Assembly (NCBI GenBank): GCA_048882505.1
Contig: JBHLRO010000002.1
Location: 120,001 to 152,000, forward strand
Source of the DNA: Candidatus Thorarchaeota archaeon
GTDB taxonomy: Archaea > Asgardarchaeota > Heimdallarchaeia > Hodarchaeales > Hodarchaeaceae
Length of the DNA stretch: 32,000 bases
Direction of reading: 5' to 3'
Below, in pieces: positions 16,852-26,446 of the stretch (position 1 is the stretch's first letter; every line of letters begins with the position of its first letter). A program made the position numbers and the translations under genes. The notes under the pieces are model-generated. The model worked only from the letters and a program-made list of their open reading frames with translations. It ran no database searches and was not told the origin of the DNA.

Positions 16852-17618
16852 CGGTTACTAAGAATTTCAGTTAATACTTCGGCAGCGACTGCCTTCTTTT
16901 TGCGTTCAGTCTTCATTTTTTCGATTTGAGATTTCATCCCTGATTCTCCAGCTCCTTCAATTTCTCCACGAACTTTTGCTTGCTCAATTTTTGTATCTAA
17001 GCCCCTTGCATCCTTTTGTAGGTCAACCAACCAACGTTTCGCCTTTCTGGTCTCAGTGGCAGCTTTTTGTTGAACGGAGGATAACTCTGTTGCGTACTCG
17101 TCCCGTAACGATGCATACACTTCCTTGGACAAAGCCTGAGCACGATTTTTCTCCTCGAGCTTTTCGAGCCGCTCTTGCCACTTTTTCTCCTTCTCCGTCA
17201 ATGCTTCCAGTTCGAACGGTTGGAGCTTCAATTCCCCTTTCTCTTTTTGAAGGGCCGAAATCCTGCTTTGAAGCTGGTTGACTTGCTGGTTGGAATCTTC
17301 CTCATCAATTAGGCCAATTTCTACTTTCTTCGAAAGTTCGGAAATCTCCTCCAGCATTTTCTCTAGTTCTTTCTTTATTTGATCATTTCTTCGCCTTGCA
17401 TACAGGTTCTCCACGATTTCATCCGGGATTTTTTCTGCTGCCACAGGAGCAGCGGGGGCTGGCATCCTCGGAGTAACCTGTTGAGGTTGAGGTGCTGATC
17501 TCTCCGCTTCTGCACGTGAGCGGCTCGCTCTCGATCTTACGGGTGTCCCACAGAACCGACAAAACCGAGCTGTGCTACTTATCTGTTTTCCACAATTTAC
17601 ACAGTAGGTATTGGACAT
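16848..17618 (-). CDS. Zinc-ribbon protein with CdvA-like coiled-coil C-terminal region
   Basis: CVNCG...FCRFCG, a Pro/Ala/Gln linker, then helical repeats (KVEIGLIDEE; LEEKNRAQALSKEVYASLRDEY; AKVRGEIEG). AAGGTGG precedes ATG 17618, and the stop overlaps the convergent gene (TTAA). Confidence 0.7.
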   Translation of the reverse strand: MSNTYCVNCGKQISSTARFCRFCGTPVRSRASRSRAEAERSAPQPQQVTPRMPAPAAPVAAEKIPDEIVENLYARRRNDQIKKELEKMLEEISELSKKVEIGLIDEEDSNQQVNQLQSRISALQKEKGELKLQPFELEALTEKEKKWQERLEKLEEKNRAQALSKEVYASLRDEYATELSSVQQKAATETRKAKRWLVDLQKDARGLDTKIEQAKVRGEIEGAGESGMKSQIEKMKTERKKKAVAAEVLTEILSNR

Positions 17619-17846
17619 GAATTCCACCTTTTATGGCTGATGTGATTGAGAAAGACACCCGTTTAACGAATGGTGGTATCTGACATTGGTACGAAGAGTG
17701 TAGATATCTGACATGCTCTTCCACCGTCTGTCTTTGTGTTTACGACGCCCTTTTTAAAGACTTCAGATGAGGAATGAAAATAGTGCTTACATGCGATAAT
17801 TAAGTTATTTGAGGGCCTAATCAGGTTTTTTCCGAGGAAAAGTAAA

Positions 17847-17952
17847 TGGACCGAGTGGGATTTGAACCCACGACCTCCTGCAATTTAGATTGAAACCTTA
17901 TCGATTTCAAATTTGCCAAGCAGGCGCTGCTACCAAGCTGAGCTATCGGCCC
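17847..17952 (-). tRNA. tRNA-Ala(GGC) with 31-nt canonical intron (17883-17913) at position 37/38
   Basis: Acceptor stem GGGCCGA/TCGGTCC with discriminator A, anticodon stem CCTGC/GCAGG, loop TT-GGC-A^T, and T-arm GTGGGTTCAAATCCCAC. The BHB central helix is TTGG/CTAA with 3-nt bulges. CCA is not encoded. Confidence 0.95.
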
Positions 17953-18457
17953 TGCCGATATTCACCTCATTTTTCAACATAATCCGAATGCGTGAATTTT
18001 GTATCAAGAGTGTGGAAAAAATTGTGATAATTTATGTTTTCCCTGCTGTTCTATCCGCCGAAACAGTACCGATCGGCGAACAGGGGGTGAAATCTCACTA
18101 TTATTCACCGTTTTTAGAGAATTAATAATAGAAAAGGAAATTGATAAAAAAGAATGTTATAAATTTTAAACTGACAAGAATTGCCTGTTTTGATCTATGA
18201 ATTTCTGCCGAGGTCAGCCACAATAGAAAGGGGTGAGAAAATCCCCTTAACTAGTATCTTTAGACCGGACAGGCATTATTCTTCTCCATCATCACCCTCG
18301 ATTAAGCTAAAAAATTATTGAATGGCTAATTAAAACAGAAGAATAATTCTGAAGAAAAAGGAAAATTGTGTTTTCAGGATAGTATATCAAGAATCGGCTT
18401 ACAGAGGAAATAGCGAATTAGATTAGTCTAACTAAACTTGTTAATGGAGACACATAA

Positions 18458-19024
18458 ATGATCACAGAGATCCGAATTCTTAGCAGAGGTGGACAAGGCG
18501 GTGTATTGGGTGCAAAGCTGTTGGCTTATGCTGGACATACTGATGGCAAGTTCGTTCAGGCTATCCCGAAGTATGGAGCCGAACGAAAAGGGGCACCAAT
18601 TTTTGCGGACGTCCGAATTGGAGATGAACATGTTAAAACCCATGCACCCGTAATTGCCTCCAATGCCCATTCATGGATTGTTTTCGAACCTTCCCTGGTA
18701 AACAACATACCCTTTGATGAGTTAAAACCTGGAACGATAATTATCGTAAATTCAGAGGAAATCCCCTCCGCCCTCAAAGGGCGTGAGAATTTGAAAGTGG
18801 GGACAGTAGATGCTGTGACGATTGCCAGAAAGTGCGGATTGATACGATCAGGAACAGTTCTGGTCAGTACAACTATGCTTGGAGCATGGGCAAAGGCAAC
18901 TGGTCTTGTTTCTTTAGAATCACTTAATAAAGCTGTCAAATATCAGTTTGGTGAAGGTAAGTTGACCGATGCTAATATTAAATCCATTAAAGACGCTTAT
19001 GAGAAGTTTAGATTTCTTAATTGA
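18458..19024 (+). CDS. porC: 2-oxoacid:ferredoxin oxidoreductase gamma subunit
   Basis: EIRILSRGGQGGV, YGAERKGAP and MLGA motifs. Confidence 0.93.
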   Translation: MITEIRILSRGGQGGVLGAKLLAYAGHTDGKFVQAIPKYGAERKGAPIFADVRIGDEHVKTHAPVIASNAHSWIVFEPSLVNNIPFDELKPGTIIIVNSEEIPSALKGRENLKVGTVDAVTIARKCGLIRSGTVLVSTTMLGAWAKATGLVSLESLNKAVKYQFGEGKLTDANIKSIKDAYEKFRFLN

Positions 19025-19054
19025 AAATTTGATAACACAAGGGGTATTTTAGAA

Positions 19055-19333
19055 ATGAGCGATGAAAAAGAATTGGCCGATCCAGTTTTTCCATTGGGAA
19101 AACCGACAATTGGTTCCGCTGGTAACACAGGGGATTGGCGAACGGAAAAACCCGTCCTAGCAGAAGAAGCTTGCACCAAATGCTACTTTTGCTGGCTAAA
19201 TTGCCCAGAAGATACTATTCGTGTTGATGGTCCAGATGAATATCCGTATGTGGATTATCAATATTGTAAAGGATGTGGGATCTGCGTCGAAGTATGTCCT
19301 AAGGAGAAAGCACTCTGGATGGAGCCAGAGTAG
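19055..19333 (+). CDS. porD: 2-oxoacid:ferredoxin oxidoreductase delta subunit (2x[4Fe-4S])
   Basis: TGDWR..KP plus two CxxCxxCxxxCP motifs. Confidence 0.93.
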   Translation: MSDEKELADPVFPLGKPTIGSAGNTGDWRTEKPVLAEEACTKCYFCWLNCPEDTIRVDGPDEYPYVDYQYCKGCGICVEVCPKEKALWMEPE

Positions 19334-19347
19334 GTGATGAAGGCAAA

Positions 19348-20496
19348 ATGGTGCAATCACTAGAAAAACCTGGTGCAATGAAAACCGAGCTCATGACGGG
19401 AGGAGAGGCCGTAGCTAGAGCGATCAAACTCTCCCGCCCTCAAGTCATCGCAGCCTATCCGATCACTCCACAAACACCCATTGTTGAATCTCTTTCGGAG
19501 ATGGTTGAGTCAGGAGAGCTAGATGCAGAATATATTGCGGTCGAAAGCGAGCATAGTGCCATGGGTGCGTGTATTGGGGCGTCTCTCGGTGGTGTCCGGA
19601 CTGTAACGGCCACTAGCTCCCATGGTTTGCTGTATATGGGCGAATTATGTTTTTGGGCTGGCATGACAAGAGTGCCTATAATCATGCCAGTTGTAAATCG
19701 ATCATTAAACCCGTGGAATATTTGGCCCGATCACCATGACTCAATGGCCTTTCGTGATGCTGGCTGGATTCAATTGTATGCCAAAAACAATCAGGAAGTG
19801 ATGGACCTTACTATCTGCGCCTTTAAAATTGGTGAACATCCGAAAATTTCCATGCCTGTCATGGTGTGCCTAGATGGATTTGTTCTTAGTCATACCTCTG
19901 CTCAGGTCGAAGTGCCTACTCAGAAACAGATCGATGATTTTTTACCTCCGTTTAAGCCATTAGTTTTACTCGATCCTGATGCTCCATTTGCTCATGGCTC
20001 CCTAACAAATGCCGAGGGAATATGGGAACAGAGAATGTCATTGATCGCGGGCTTTGAAAATGCAAGGGTTCTGATTCCCGAAATCTTTGAAGATTATGGC
20101 ATGAAAATAGGGCGCCTCCGACGAGAAATGATTGAAGTAACAGGAAATATCGAAGAAGCAGAAATAGGTATTATGGCCCTTGGAACACTTGGTGAGGAAG
20201 CTGAAAATACATTAGACCTACTATCTGAGAAGGGAGTCAACGCTGTAGTCATTCGTCCACGAGTATTTCGTCCATTCCCTAAAAAAGAACTAACTAGGTA
20301 TTTACGAAAAATCCCGAAGTTACTGGTGATTGATCGGGCTGTTTCATATGGAAACGCTGGACAGCTGGCGATTGAGGTCCAGGCAGAATTGTTCCTTCAG
20401 AAAATAGACCTAGAATTCCATCAAAAGATCTTGGGACTTGGTGGAATGAATGTGACTCACGTAGATATCGCCAAAGAGGTTGAAAGTATTATATGA
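19348..20496 (+). CDS. porA: 2-oxoacid:ferredoxin oxidoreductase alpha subunit
   Basis: AAYPITPQT, VESEHSAM, TATSSHGL, LDGFVLSHT and RVFRPFP. Confidence 0.95.
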   Translation: MVQSLEKPGAMKTELMTGGEAVARAIKLSRPQVIAAYPITPQTPIVESLSEMVESGELDAEYIAVESEHSAMGACIGASLGGVRTVTATSSHGLLYMGELCFWAGMTRVPIIMPVVNRSLNPWNIWPDHHDSMAFRDAGWIQLYAKNNQEVMDLTICAFKIGEHPKISMPVMVCLDGFVLSHTSAQVEVPTQKQIDDFLPPFKPLVLLDPDAPFAHGSLTNAEGIWEQRMSLIAGFENARVLIPEIFEDYGMKIGRLRREMIEVTGNIEEAEIGIMALGTLGEEAENTLDLLSEKGVNAVVIRPRVFRPFPKKELTRYLRKIPKLLVIDRAVSYGNAGQLAIEVQAELFLQKIDLEFHQKILGLGGMNVTHVDIAKEVESII

Positions 20497-20521
20497 TGTA
20501 GACACATAGGAGGAATCGAAA

Positions 20522-21412
20522 ATGGCTGTCAATATCAAACAATTGGTGGAAAATGATCCTGGAGTGCTACTCCGAGGGAATTTCGCATGTTCTGGGTGTG
20601 GACTCACAATCGCTTATCGACACGCCATCGCGGCCATTGAACGGCCCATAGTGGTAATCCCCGCTTGTTGCGCATCGGTAGTTCAAAGTACTCATCCCCA
20701 TGTGACCTATGGCGTACCCACCTTAAACATTGCATTTGCTGCTCATGCCAGTGCGGCCTCTGGGATAGCTCGTGCGAAAAAAATGCGAGGTGAGAAGGCC
20801 ACTGTTGTTGTATGGAGCGGAGATGGCGGTACATACGATATTGGACTTGCAACATTGTCCGGAGCGGCGGAGCGGAACGAGGATATTATTCATGTATGCT
20901 ATGATAATGGATTTTACTCAAACACTGGAGCCCAAAGATCTGGAGCTACCCCTCGTGGAGCAGTAACTACAACTACACCTAAAGGTAAGAAGGAAAGTCG
21001 TAAAAGCATCACACGGATAATGGCGGCTCATGACGTTCCTTATGTTGCCACCGCTACAGCAGGATATCCTCGCGATCTAATCGCAAAAATTCGGAGAGCC
21101 AACAGCATGTCAGGATATCGATTCATTCTTATTGATGCACCCTGCCCGACAGGTTGGTATTCTGATCCTGCTTTAACCCCAAAGCTGGGGCAATTAGCAG
21201 TGAAAACAGGATATTTTCCTATGTATGAGATCGAAAACGGGACCCTAACTTTTACTAAAAAATTTGCCAAATACAGTGATCCCGAAAAGCGTGTTCCGAT
21301 TAAAGAATATTTGAAACTCCAAGGTCGGTTTGAAAGTATGTCTCCTCAACAAATTGAGGAATTGCAGGCAGATTTACAGCATGAATGGGACATGCTTGCT
21401 CGGTTAGAGTGA
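20522..21412 (+). CDS. porB: 2-oxoacid:ferredoxin oxidoreductase beta subunit (TPP-binding)
   Basis: ACSGCG, GDGGTYDIG, YDNGFYSNTG.QRS and PCPTGW. Substrate specificity (pyruvate vs branched-chain) cannot be fixed from motifs. Confidence 0.95.
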   Translation: MAVNIKQLVENDPGVLLRGNFACSGCGLTIAYRHAIAAIERPIVVIPACCASVVQSTHPHVTYGVPTLNIAFAAHASAASGIARAKKMRGEKATVVVWSGDGGTYDIGLATLSGAAERNEDIIHVCYDNGFYSNTGAQRSGATPRGAVTTTTPKGKKESRKSITRIMAAHDVPYVATATAGYPRDLIAKIRRANSMSGYRFILIDAPCPTGWYSDPALTPKLGQLAVKTGYFPMYEIENGTLTFTKKFAKYSDPEKRVPIKEYLKLQGRFESMSPQQIEELQADLQHEWDMLARLE

Positions 21413-21513
21413 AGGACTGAGGCATAGGATCCTCTATCCATATTACCTGTCGGGGGATAGTTTTTTCTCCCTGATTTATGGTGGGATTCGATAACAATAA
21501 CAGATAAATTAGA

Positions 21514-23172
21514 TCATTTTAACATTTTTCCCATATAAACGCCATCAGTCTGAAATCCAAGTTTTCTATAATAATTTCGAACTCCAAGACCAGATGTGAC
21601 CAAAATTTTTTCAAATCCCCTTTCGATGGAAATTTCTTCAGCTTTAGAAATCAACTTCTTTCCTATTCCTCTATGTTGCCAATCAGTCACATTACGGGGA
21701 AATCTTCCGAGACCAACCAATCGGCCGTAAACATGCAGTTCACGAATAATGCTAGTGGGAATACTTCGAATTTCTGACCTAAACGCATCGATGGATGGCT
21801 CACGTAGACGGAGAAAGCCAAATAAGGTCTCGTGATCCGTGGTTTCGTAAGTAATGAAATGTTCGATTCCTTCTGAAGCTGGATATTCATAAGTGTGCAG
21901 GGATTTGTCTTTTTCTATCCATTCAAGATTCCCAAGATTGGTTTGATGCCCCACCTCCCTACATCTGATGCACAAGCAGCGCTGATTGTTTTGTTTAAGT
22001 TTAAACTGGGCCATTTCTCGGAGGTTACCCCGACTAACTCCATCCAGAATAAGGTAAGCGGGGATATCACGTTGCACACGTTGAATACGCACAAATGGAG
22101 GAGTAATGGCTTTGATTTGAGCGATGACATCCACCATTTTATCTGTATCATACGGGAGGTATTCCTGGGTCTGCCAAAGCTTATGTAGGTAGGTGTTTTC
22201 AAGAACCAATGTTGGGTAGATCTTAACCGCATCAGGGATAAAACGGGGATCAGAGTACAATTGTTCAAACATTGTAACATCGTTTTCAGGAGTATGAAAC
22301 AGATTAGGCATCATATGGACTGCCACCTTCAATCCGCCGTCCCGAGCACTCCTTATAGCCACTTCCACATCTTTTAGTGTATGATGTCGTTTTACTTTCT
22401 CCAACACAGGTTGTGATAAGGTTTGAACCCCAATCTCAACAAACGTACCACCAAGCTCAAGGATTCGGTTGACGTGTCGTGGGGTACAGTAATCAGGACG
22501 AGTTTCGATAGTAATACCTACATTTCGTTGTTTGCTTATTTCAGCGAGCTTTTGCGCTTCCTCAAGGGACTTCGATTGGATTTTCGTGATTCCATCTAGA
22601 CATCCTTTTATAAAATACTCCTGATAGTCCTTAGAAGTAGCTAGAAACGTACCCCCCATTATTACTAAATGAATCTTATCCAACTGGTGCCCAATGCTAT
22701 TTAACTGAGACAAACGGGTATGAACTTGTCTTTCTGGATGAAAATCGTTTTGGGCTCCCCGCATAGCCGCAGGCTCTTTACCTGTATATGCTTTGGGCGC
22801 TCCATCTACATCTGGGCAATAAATACATTTGCCTGGACAGGGTAGCGGTTTGGTCATTACTGCAACCACTGCTATGCCACTAAGGGTTCGAACCCGACGT
22901 ACTTTCAGAAGTTCGATCAGATTCTCTTTGTCTCGCTCACTGAACAGATCGGATTCAACCACGTGTTCAATGATTTCGGAATTTCGGACAAAGCGGTTGA
23001 GACCATACCGTTTAGCTATACTTCTCTTTAAAGCTTCCATTTGAGACTTGTCCAAACTGGGATCACGGACGATCGTTTGGGCTAACTCCGTTAAAGCTTT
23101 TGATAATGTTGTTTGGACGGCCACTATGTTCACATTTTCATGAAGGTTTTTTCTAGTATTGCATGGAATCAT
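21514..23172 (-). CDS. elp3: tRNA uridine(34) acetyltransferase Elp3 (radical SAM + GNAT)
   Basis: CPGKCIYCP, ETRPDY, VEIGVQT, KIYPTLV, RELHVYG, WQHRGIG and SGLGVRNYY. ATG 23172 overlaps the aglH stop (ATGA), which is preferred over the 23292 ORF start. Confidence 0.95.
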   Translation of the reverse strand: MIPCNTRKNLHENVNIVAVQTTLSKALTELAQTIVRDPSLDKSQMEALKRSIAKRYGLNRFVRNSEIIEHVVESDLFSERDKENLIELLKVRRVRTLSGIAVVAVMTKPLPCPGKCIYCPDVDGAPKAYTGKEPAAMRGAQNDFHPERQVHTRLSQLNSIGHQLDKIHLVIMGGTFLATSKDYQEYFIKGCLDGITKIQSKSLEEAQKLAEISKQRNVGITIETRPDYCTPRHVNRILELGGTFVEIGVQTLSQPVLEKVKRHHTLKDVEVAIRSARDGGLKVAVHMMPNLFHTPENDVTMFEQLYSDPRFIPDAVKIYPTLVLENTYLHKLWQTQEYLPYDTDKMVDVIAQIKAITPPFVRIQRVQRDIPAYLILDGVSRGNLREMAQFKLKQNNQRCLCIRCREVGHQTNLGNLEWIEKDKSLHTYEYPASEGIEHFITYETTDHETLFGFLRLREPSIDAFRSEIRSIPTSIIRELHVYGRLVGLGRFPRNVTDWQHRGIGKKLISKAEEISIERGFEKILVTSGLGVRNYYRKLGFQTDGVYMGKMLK

Positions 23173-24191
23173 GCGGAGTAAATTGGTAGAGAGAGAAGGA
23201 AAACAATGGTAACAATAATAGCATGGGCTAATAAAAGGAGTAGAACGTTTTTTCGTTCTCCTATATTTTTCAAGTAATATGGGAGTAACCAATACACGGT
23301 GAAGGGACTAGGAGCCACTATATTGCCTTTATTATCGATCGAAGCAATTTTTTCTGTTTGTCGTGTATAGAGGTAACCTAGAAACAATAGAAAGTTCACG
23401 AAATGAAGTCCAAATATACCGAGGGCTAAACGATCCATGTTCCCAATGATTATTGCAACGATAATTCCTGTTCCTAGGGTTAATGTACCCGTATCCCCTA
23501 TTAAGGTACGGGCAGGATACCAATTAAACCATAAGATAACAATAAATCCTCCTAAAAGCGCTGAGCTAAATAAAGCCACAATTGGATCTTCTACAATAAA
23601 TGATAACAGTAGAATGGCGAATAATGAGATAGTACCATTTCCTGTTTCTAGTCCATTAAATCCAGCAAACATGTTGAATGAATTGAAGGCAAAATTGACG
23701 GCAAGTGGGATTATTATCAAACTATAAAGATTTAAGGTGCCAAAGCGGAGATCGAGGACACCAAAAGGGCCAAGACCTACCGTACTCTTTCCTACCTCCA
23801 AGGCCATAAGTGGAAAAGCAGGTAAAAACCCCAGTAGCAACTTTGCCCGCCAGCTAATACGAAATACATCATCTAAGAAGCCTATGAGGCCTGCAGTGAC
23901 CACACTCAGTAGTCCCGCCAAAAGGGGTTGAAATACTTGAGGATCAGGCGCCAATTCCGGAGTGATATACTCCCAAGAAAAAACTAGGATTAGAATCGTG
24001 AAAATGGTTGCAAGCAACGGAGCTAATCCTCCAGGTTCGGCAATGATGGGCTTTTCTGGTTTATGGGCATCTATCGTTGTGATATCACGATTTAAAGAAG
24101 CTCTTATGACCCAAGGAAGGAGAAGACGAGATAAAAATCCTGAAATCACGAAAGCTAGGAGTGCAAGGCTGAGAACAGCAAATGAAACCAT
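23169..24191 (-). CDS. aglH: UDP-GlcNAc:dolichyl-phosphate GlcNAc-1-phosphate transferase (AglH/Alg7, MraY-like family)
   Basis: EPGG, GFLDD, NSFNMFAGFNGLE, FNWYPA...GDTG, and about 10 TM helices. Confidence 0.88.
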   Translation of the reverse strand: MVSFAVLSLALLAFVISGFLSRLLLPWVIRASLNRDITTIDAHKPEKPIIAEPGGLAPLLATIFTILILVFSWEYITPELAPDPQVFQPLLAGLLSVVTAGLIGFLDDVFRISWRAKLLLGFLPAFPLMALEVGKSTVGLGPFGVLDLRFGTLNLYSLIIIPLAVNFAFNSFNMFAGFNGLETGNGTISLFAILLLSFIVEDPIVALFSSALLGGFIVILWFNWYPARTLIGDTGTLTLGTGIIVAIIIGNMDRLALGIFGLHFVNFLLFLGYLYTRQTEKIASIDNKGNIVAPSPFTVYWLLPYYLKNIGERKNVLLLLLAHAIIVTIVFLLSLPIYSA

Positions 24192-24362
24192 AATGGTTAC
24201 CTAAATTGGCTTTTTATTCCACAAATAGAATCTTAGATGAAGCTATTATCAAGAAGTGGTAAAATAAAGAGTTTTGAATAAAAGTTTTGATGGGAGGATG
24301 ACACCCGCGGCTGATTTTGACTCAATAGAAATCGAAGGATGCCAGGTATTGGAGTGAACACG

Positions 24363-25385
24363 ATGCGTTGTATTATTCCTGCGGCAGGAGCTGGAACTCG
24401 GTTACGCCCTCATACACATACTAAACCTAAGGCTCTTCTCACGTTGGCAAACAAACCAATCATATCACACATTATGGATGACGTTTTGGATGCGGGTATC
24501 AATGACTTTGTTATTATAGTTGGTTATGAAAAAGAGAAACTAATCGCCTACGTAGAAACCAACTACGAGACTGTGTGTTCAGTGAAATTCATCGAACAAA
24601 ATAAAAGGTGTGGCTTGGGCCATGCAATTTATCTCGCTGGGGATTATCTAGATGGAGACCCGGTTCTCATTGTTCTAGGTGATAGTCTGTACGAGAAACC
24701 TTTTCGGGCAATGATTACTGATTTCAATCAGTATCCAGAGTTAGTTGGTGCGATTACAGTTAGATCGGTACCAGATCCTCAAAATTATGGGATAGCAGTC
24801 ACGCAGGAAGGATCTAATCTCATAGAACGATTAGAAGAAAAACCAAGGAATCCTAAATCTTCAAATGCTATCACAGGGGTTTATTTTATCCGTAATTCCT
24901 TGGCATTGAAAGAATGTTTAAAGGAGCTTGTTAAACAGAATCAAAGAGGTACAGGAGGAGAACTACAATTGACAGATGCTCTTCAAATGATGATAACTCG
25001 AGGATTTCCCTTTGGATCAGTAGATTCAGGACAGTGGTTCGACTGTGGCAGGAAAGAGGCACTCTTAGGTGCACATGAGTACGTTCTCAACAAAAACCGT
25101 CAATCGTCTATTGATAGTGAGGTGGACAATACAATAATTATCCCTCCAGTCGCCATTGATTCCGATTGTCAAATCGTAAATTCTATAATCGGCCCCTATG
25201 TGAGTATTGCAAAGGGTACAGAGGTTAATCGGGGAATTATTTCGTCATCAATCGTTGGGATGTTCTCTAAGCTTAGGAATGTTAGTATTCATGATTCGGT
25301 GATTGGAGACGAAGTTAGGATGGTTGGTGGACTCTCTGATCTCAACATCGGAGATCATTCATCAATTTCCTTTTACAACTCTTGA
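24363..25385 (+). CDS. Sugar-1-phosphate nucleotidyltransferase (RmlA/GlmU-like, with C-terminal beta-helix)
   Basis: IIPAAGAGTRLRPHT..KPK, GLGHAI, EEKP, ELQLTDAL and WFDCG. GGAGTG precedes ATG 24363. Confidence 0.92.
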   Translation: MRCIIPAAGAGTRLRPHTHTKPKALLTLANKPIISHIMDDVLDAGINDFVIIVGYEKEKLIAYVETNYETVCSVKFIEQNKRCGLGHAIYLAGDYLDGDPVLIVLGDSLYEKPFRAMITDFNQYPELVGAITVRSVPDPQNYGIAVTQEGSNLIERLEEKPRNPKSSNAITGVYFIRNSLALKECLKELVKQNQRGTGGELQLTDALQMMITRGFPFGSVDSGQWFDCGRKEALLGAHEYVLNKNRQSSIDSEVDNTIIIPPVAIDSDCQIVNSIIGPYVSIAKGTEVNRGIISSSIVGMFSKLRNVSIHDSVIGDEVRMVGGLSDLNIGDHSSISFYNS

Positions 25386-25409
25386 AGAGATCTAACAGGA
25401 GACAACCCA

Positions 25410-25709
25410 TTGATACAGAAAACGATTCGACAGTTCCAAACACTAATGTCAGACCTATATCTAGAGCGGGATCGTAAACGTGGACTTGAACGAAGTTTGA
25501 TCTGGCTCCAAACCGAAATCGGTGAATTAATGAAAGCTTATCTTGAAGGAAATTCCTACGGAATTCGAGAAGAAGTTGCAGATGTGTTTGCCTGGCTCTG
25601 TTCAGTTTCCAATCTTCTTAATATTGACTTAGAGGACGTCGCATGGGAAAAATATCCAAATCAATGTCCACGATGTGATGAAAATCCCTGCAAATGCTCT
25701 TTCATCTAG
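25410..25709 (+). CDS. MazG-like nucleotide pyrophosphohydrolase
   Basis: EIGEL...EEVADVFAWL..V.N and a C-terminal CPRC..NPCKC. Confidence 0.88.
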   Translation: MIQKTIRQFQTLMSDLYLERDRKRGLERSLIWLQTEIGELMKAYLEGNSYGIREEVADVFAWLCSVSNLLNIDLEDVAWEKYPNQCPRCDENPCKCSFI

Positions 25710-26440
25710 TCATTCCTTGACTGGTATTCTTCTTGTTTTTGATCATATTCTTCTCGGGTCATAAGAAGCCGTGCGGGGGTTCCCATCACTACCTGGCCAT
25801 CTGGTACATCCTTTGTAACAATAGATCCAGCAGCTACAACTGCATTTTGGCCAATAGTTATCCCAGCCATGATTAATGCCCCCATTCCTATGATAGCCCC
25901 GTTTTCAACTTCGGTACCAATCAAACGAGAACTTACAGGGTATTTGTCATTGGCAAATCGTACTGCTGGCCCTACGAAGACGTCTCGACCCAGCCTCACT
26001 TTCGGAGGTATGAATGTACTTGATTGGATCCTGGCGTTAGCTCCAATGTGAACACCGCTATCCAATATGCTGCCACTGCCAATGATGCTGTTGGCCCCGA
26101 TGTAGCAGTCTTCCCTGATCGTCACATTCGTACCAGTCTCAACCTCATCCTCGAGACAAGAATCCTCGTACACCGTGGTAAACGCCCTAATGTGGTTGTT
26201 ACTTCCGATAGTTGCTCCTGATGAGATCTGATCAAATAGTTCTTCCAGGGATTCGGTTCGTTGTTTTTGGGCCATCATTTTCTGCGTTTTTGTTCGTATT
26301 GGATAACCAACGATGACAAAAGGGTCTAGAATCGAATTTTTTCCGATTGATGACGGCCCAATCAAAAGGACGTTGGCAGCAATAAGTGAGGAATGTACGC
26401 TTGCTCGCTGGGAGCGATATCCATTACTCAGGTGAACCAA
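25706..26440 (-). CDS. Hexapeptide-repeat (LbH) acyltransferase, probably a sugar N-acetyltransferase
   Basis: Many [LIV]G-x4 repeats, VFVGPAVRFANDKYP, and GAVVAAGSIVTKDVP..VVMGTPAR. Confidence 0.88.
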   Translation of the reverse strand: MVHLSNGYRSQRASVHSSLIAANVLLIGPSSIGKNSILDPFVIVGYPIRTKTQKMMAQKQRTESLEELFDQISSGATIGSNNHIRAFTTVYEDSCLEDEVETGTNVTIREDCYIGANSIIGSGSILDSGVHIGANARIQSSTFIPPKVRLGRDVFVGPAVRFANDKYPVSSRLIGTEVENGAIIGMGALIMAGITIGQNAVVAAGSIVTKDVPDGQVVMGTPARLLMTREEYDQKQEEYQSRND

Positions 26441-26446
26441 TTGATA

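Noticed and set aside
17651-17775. Box C/D sRNA or SECIS reading of the structured region
   Set aside because: Two CTGA words are present, but the only C-box-like word (ATGAGGA, 17767-73) lies downstream of them. No in-frame TGA selenoprotein candidate is adjacent.
18082-18250. Two similar GGGGTGA..AATC words upstream of the por operon
   Set aside because: The match is short and imperfect with ~150 nt spacing, too weak to call operator sites.
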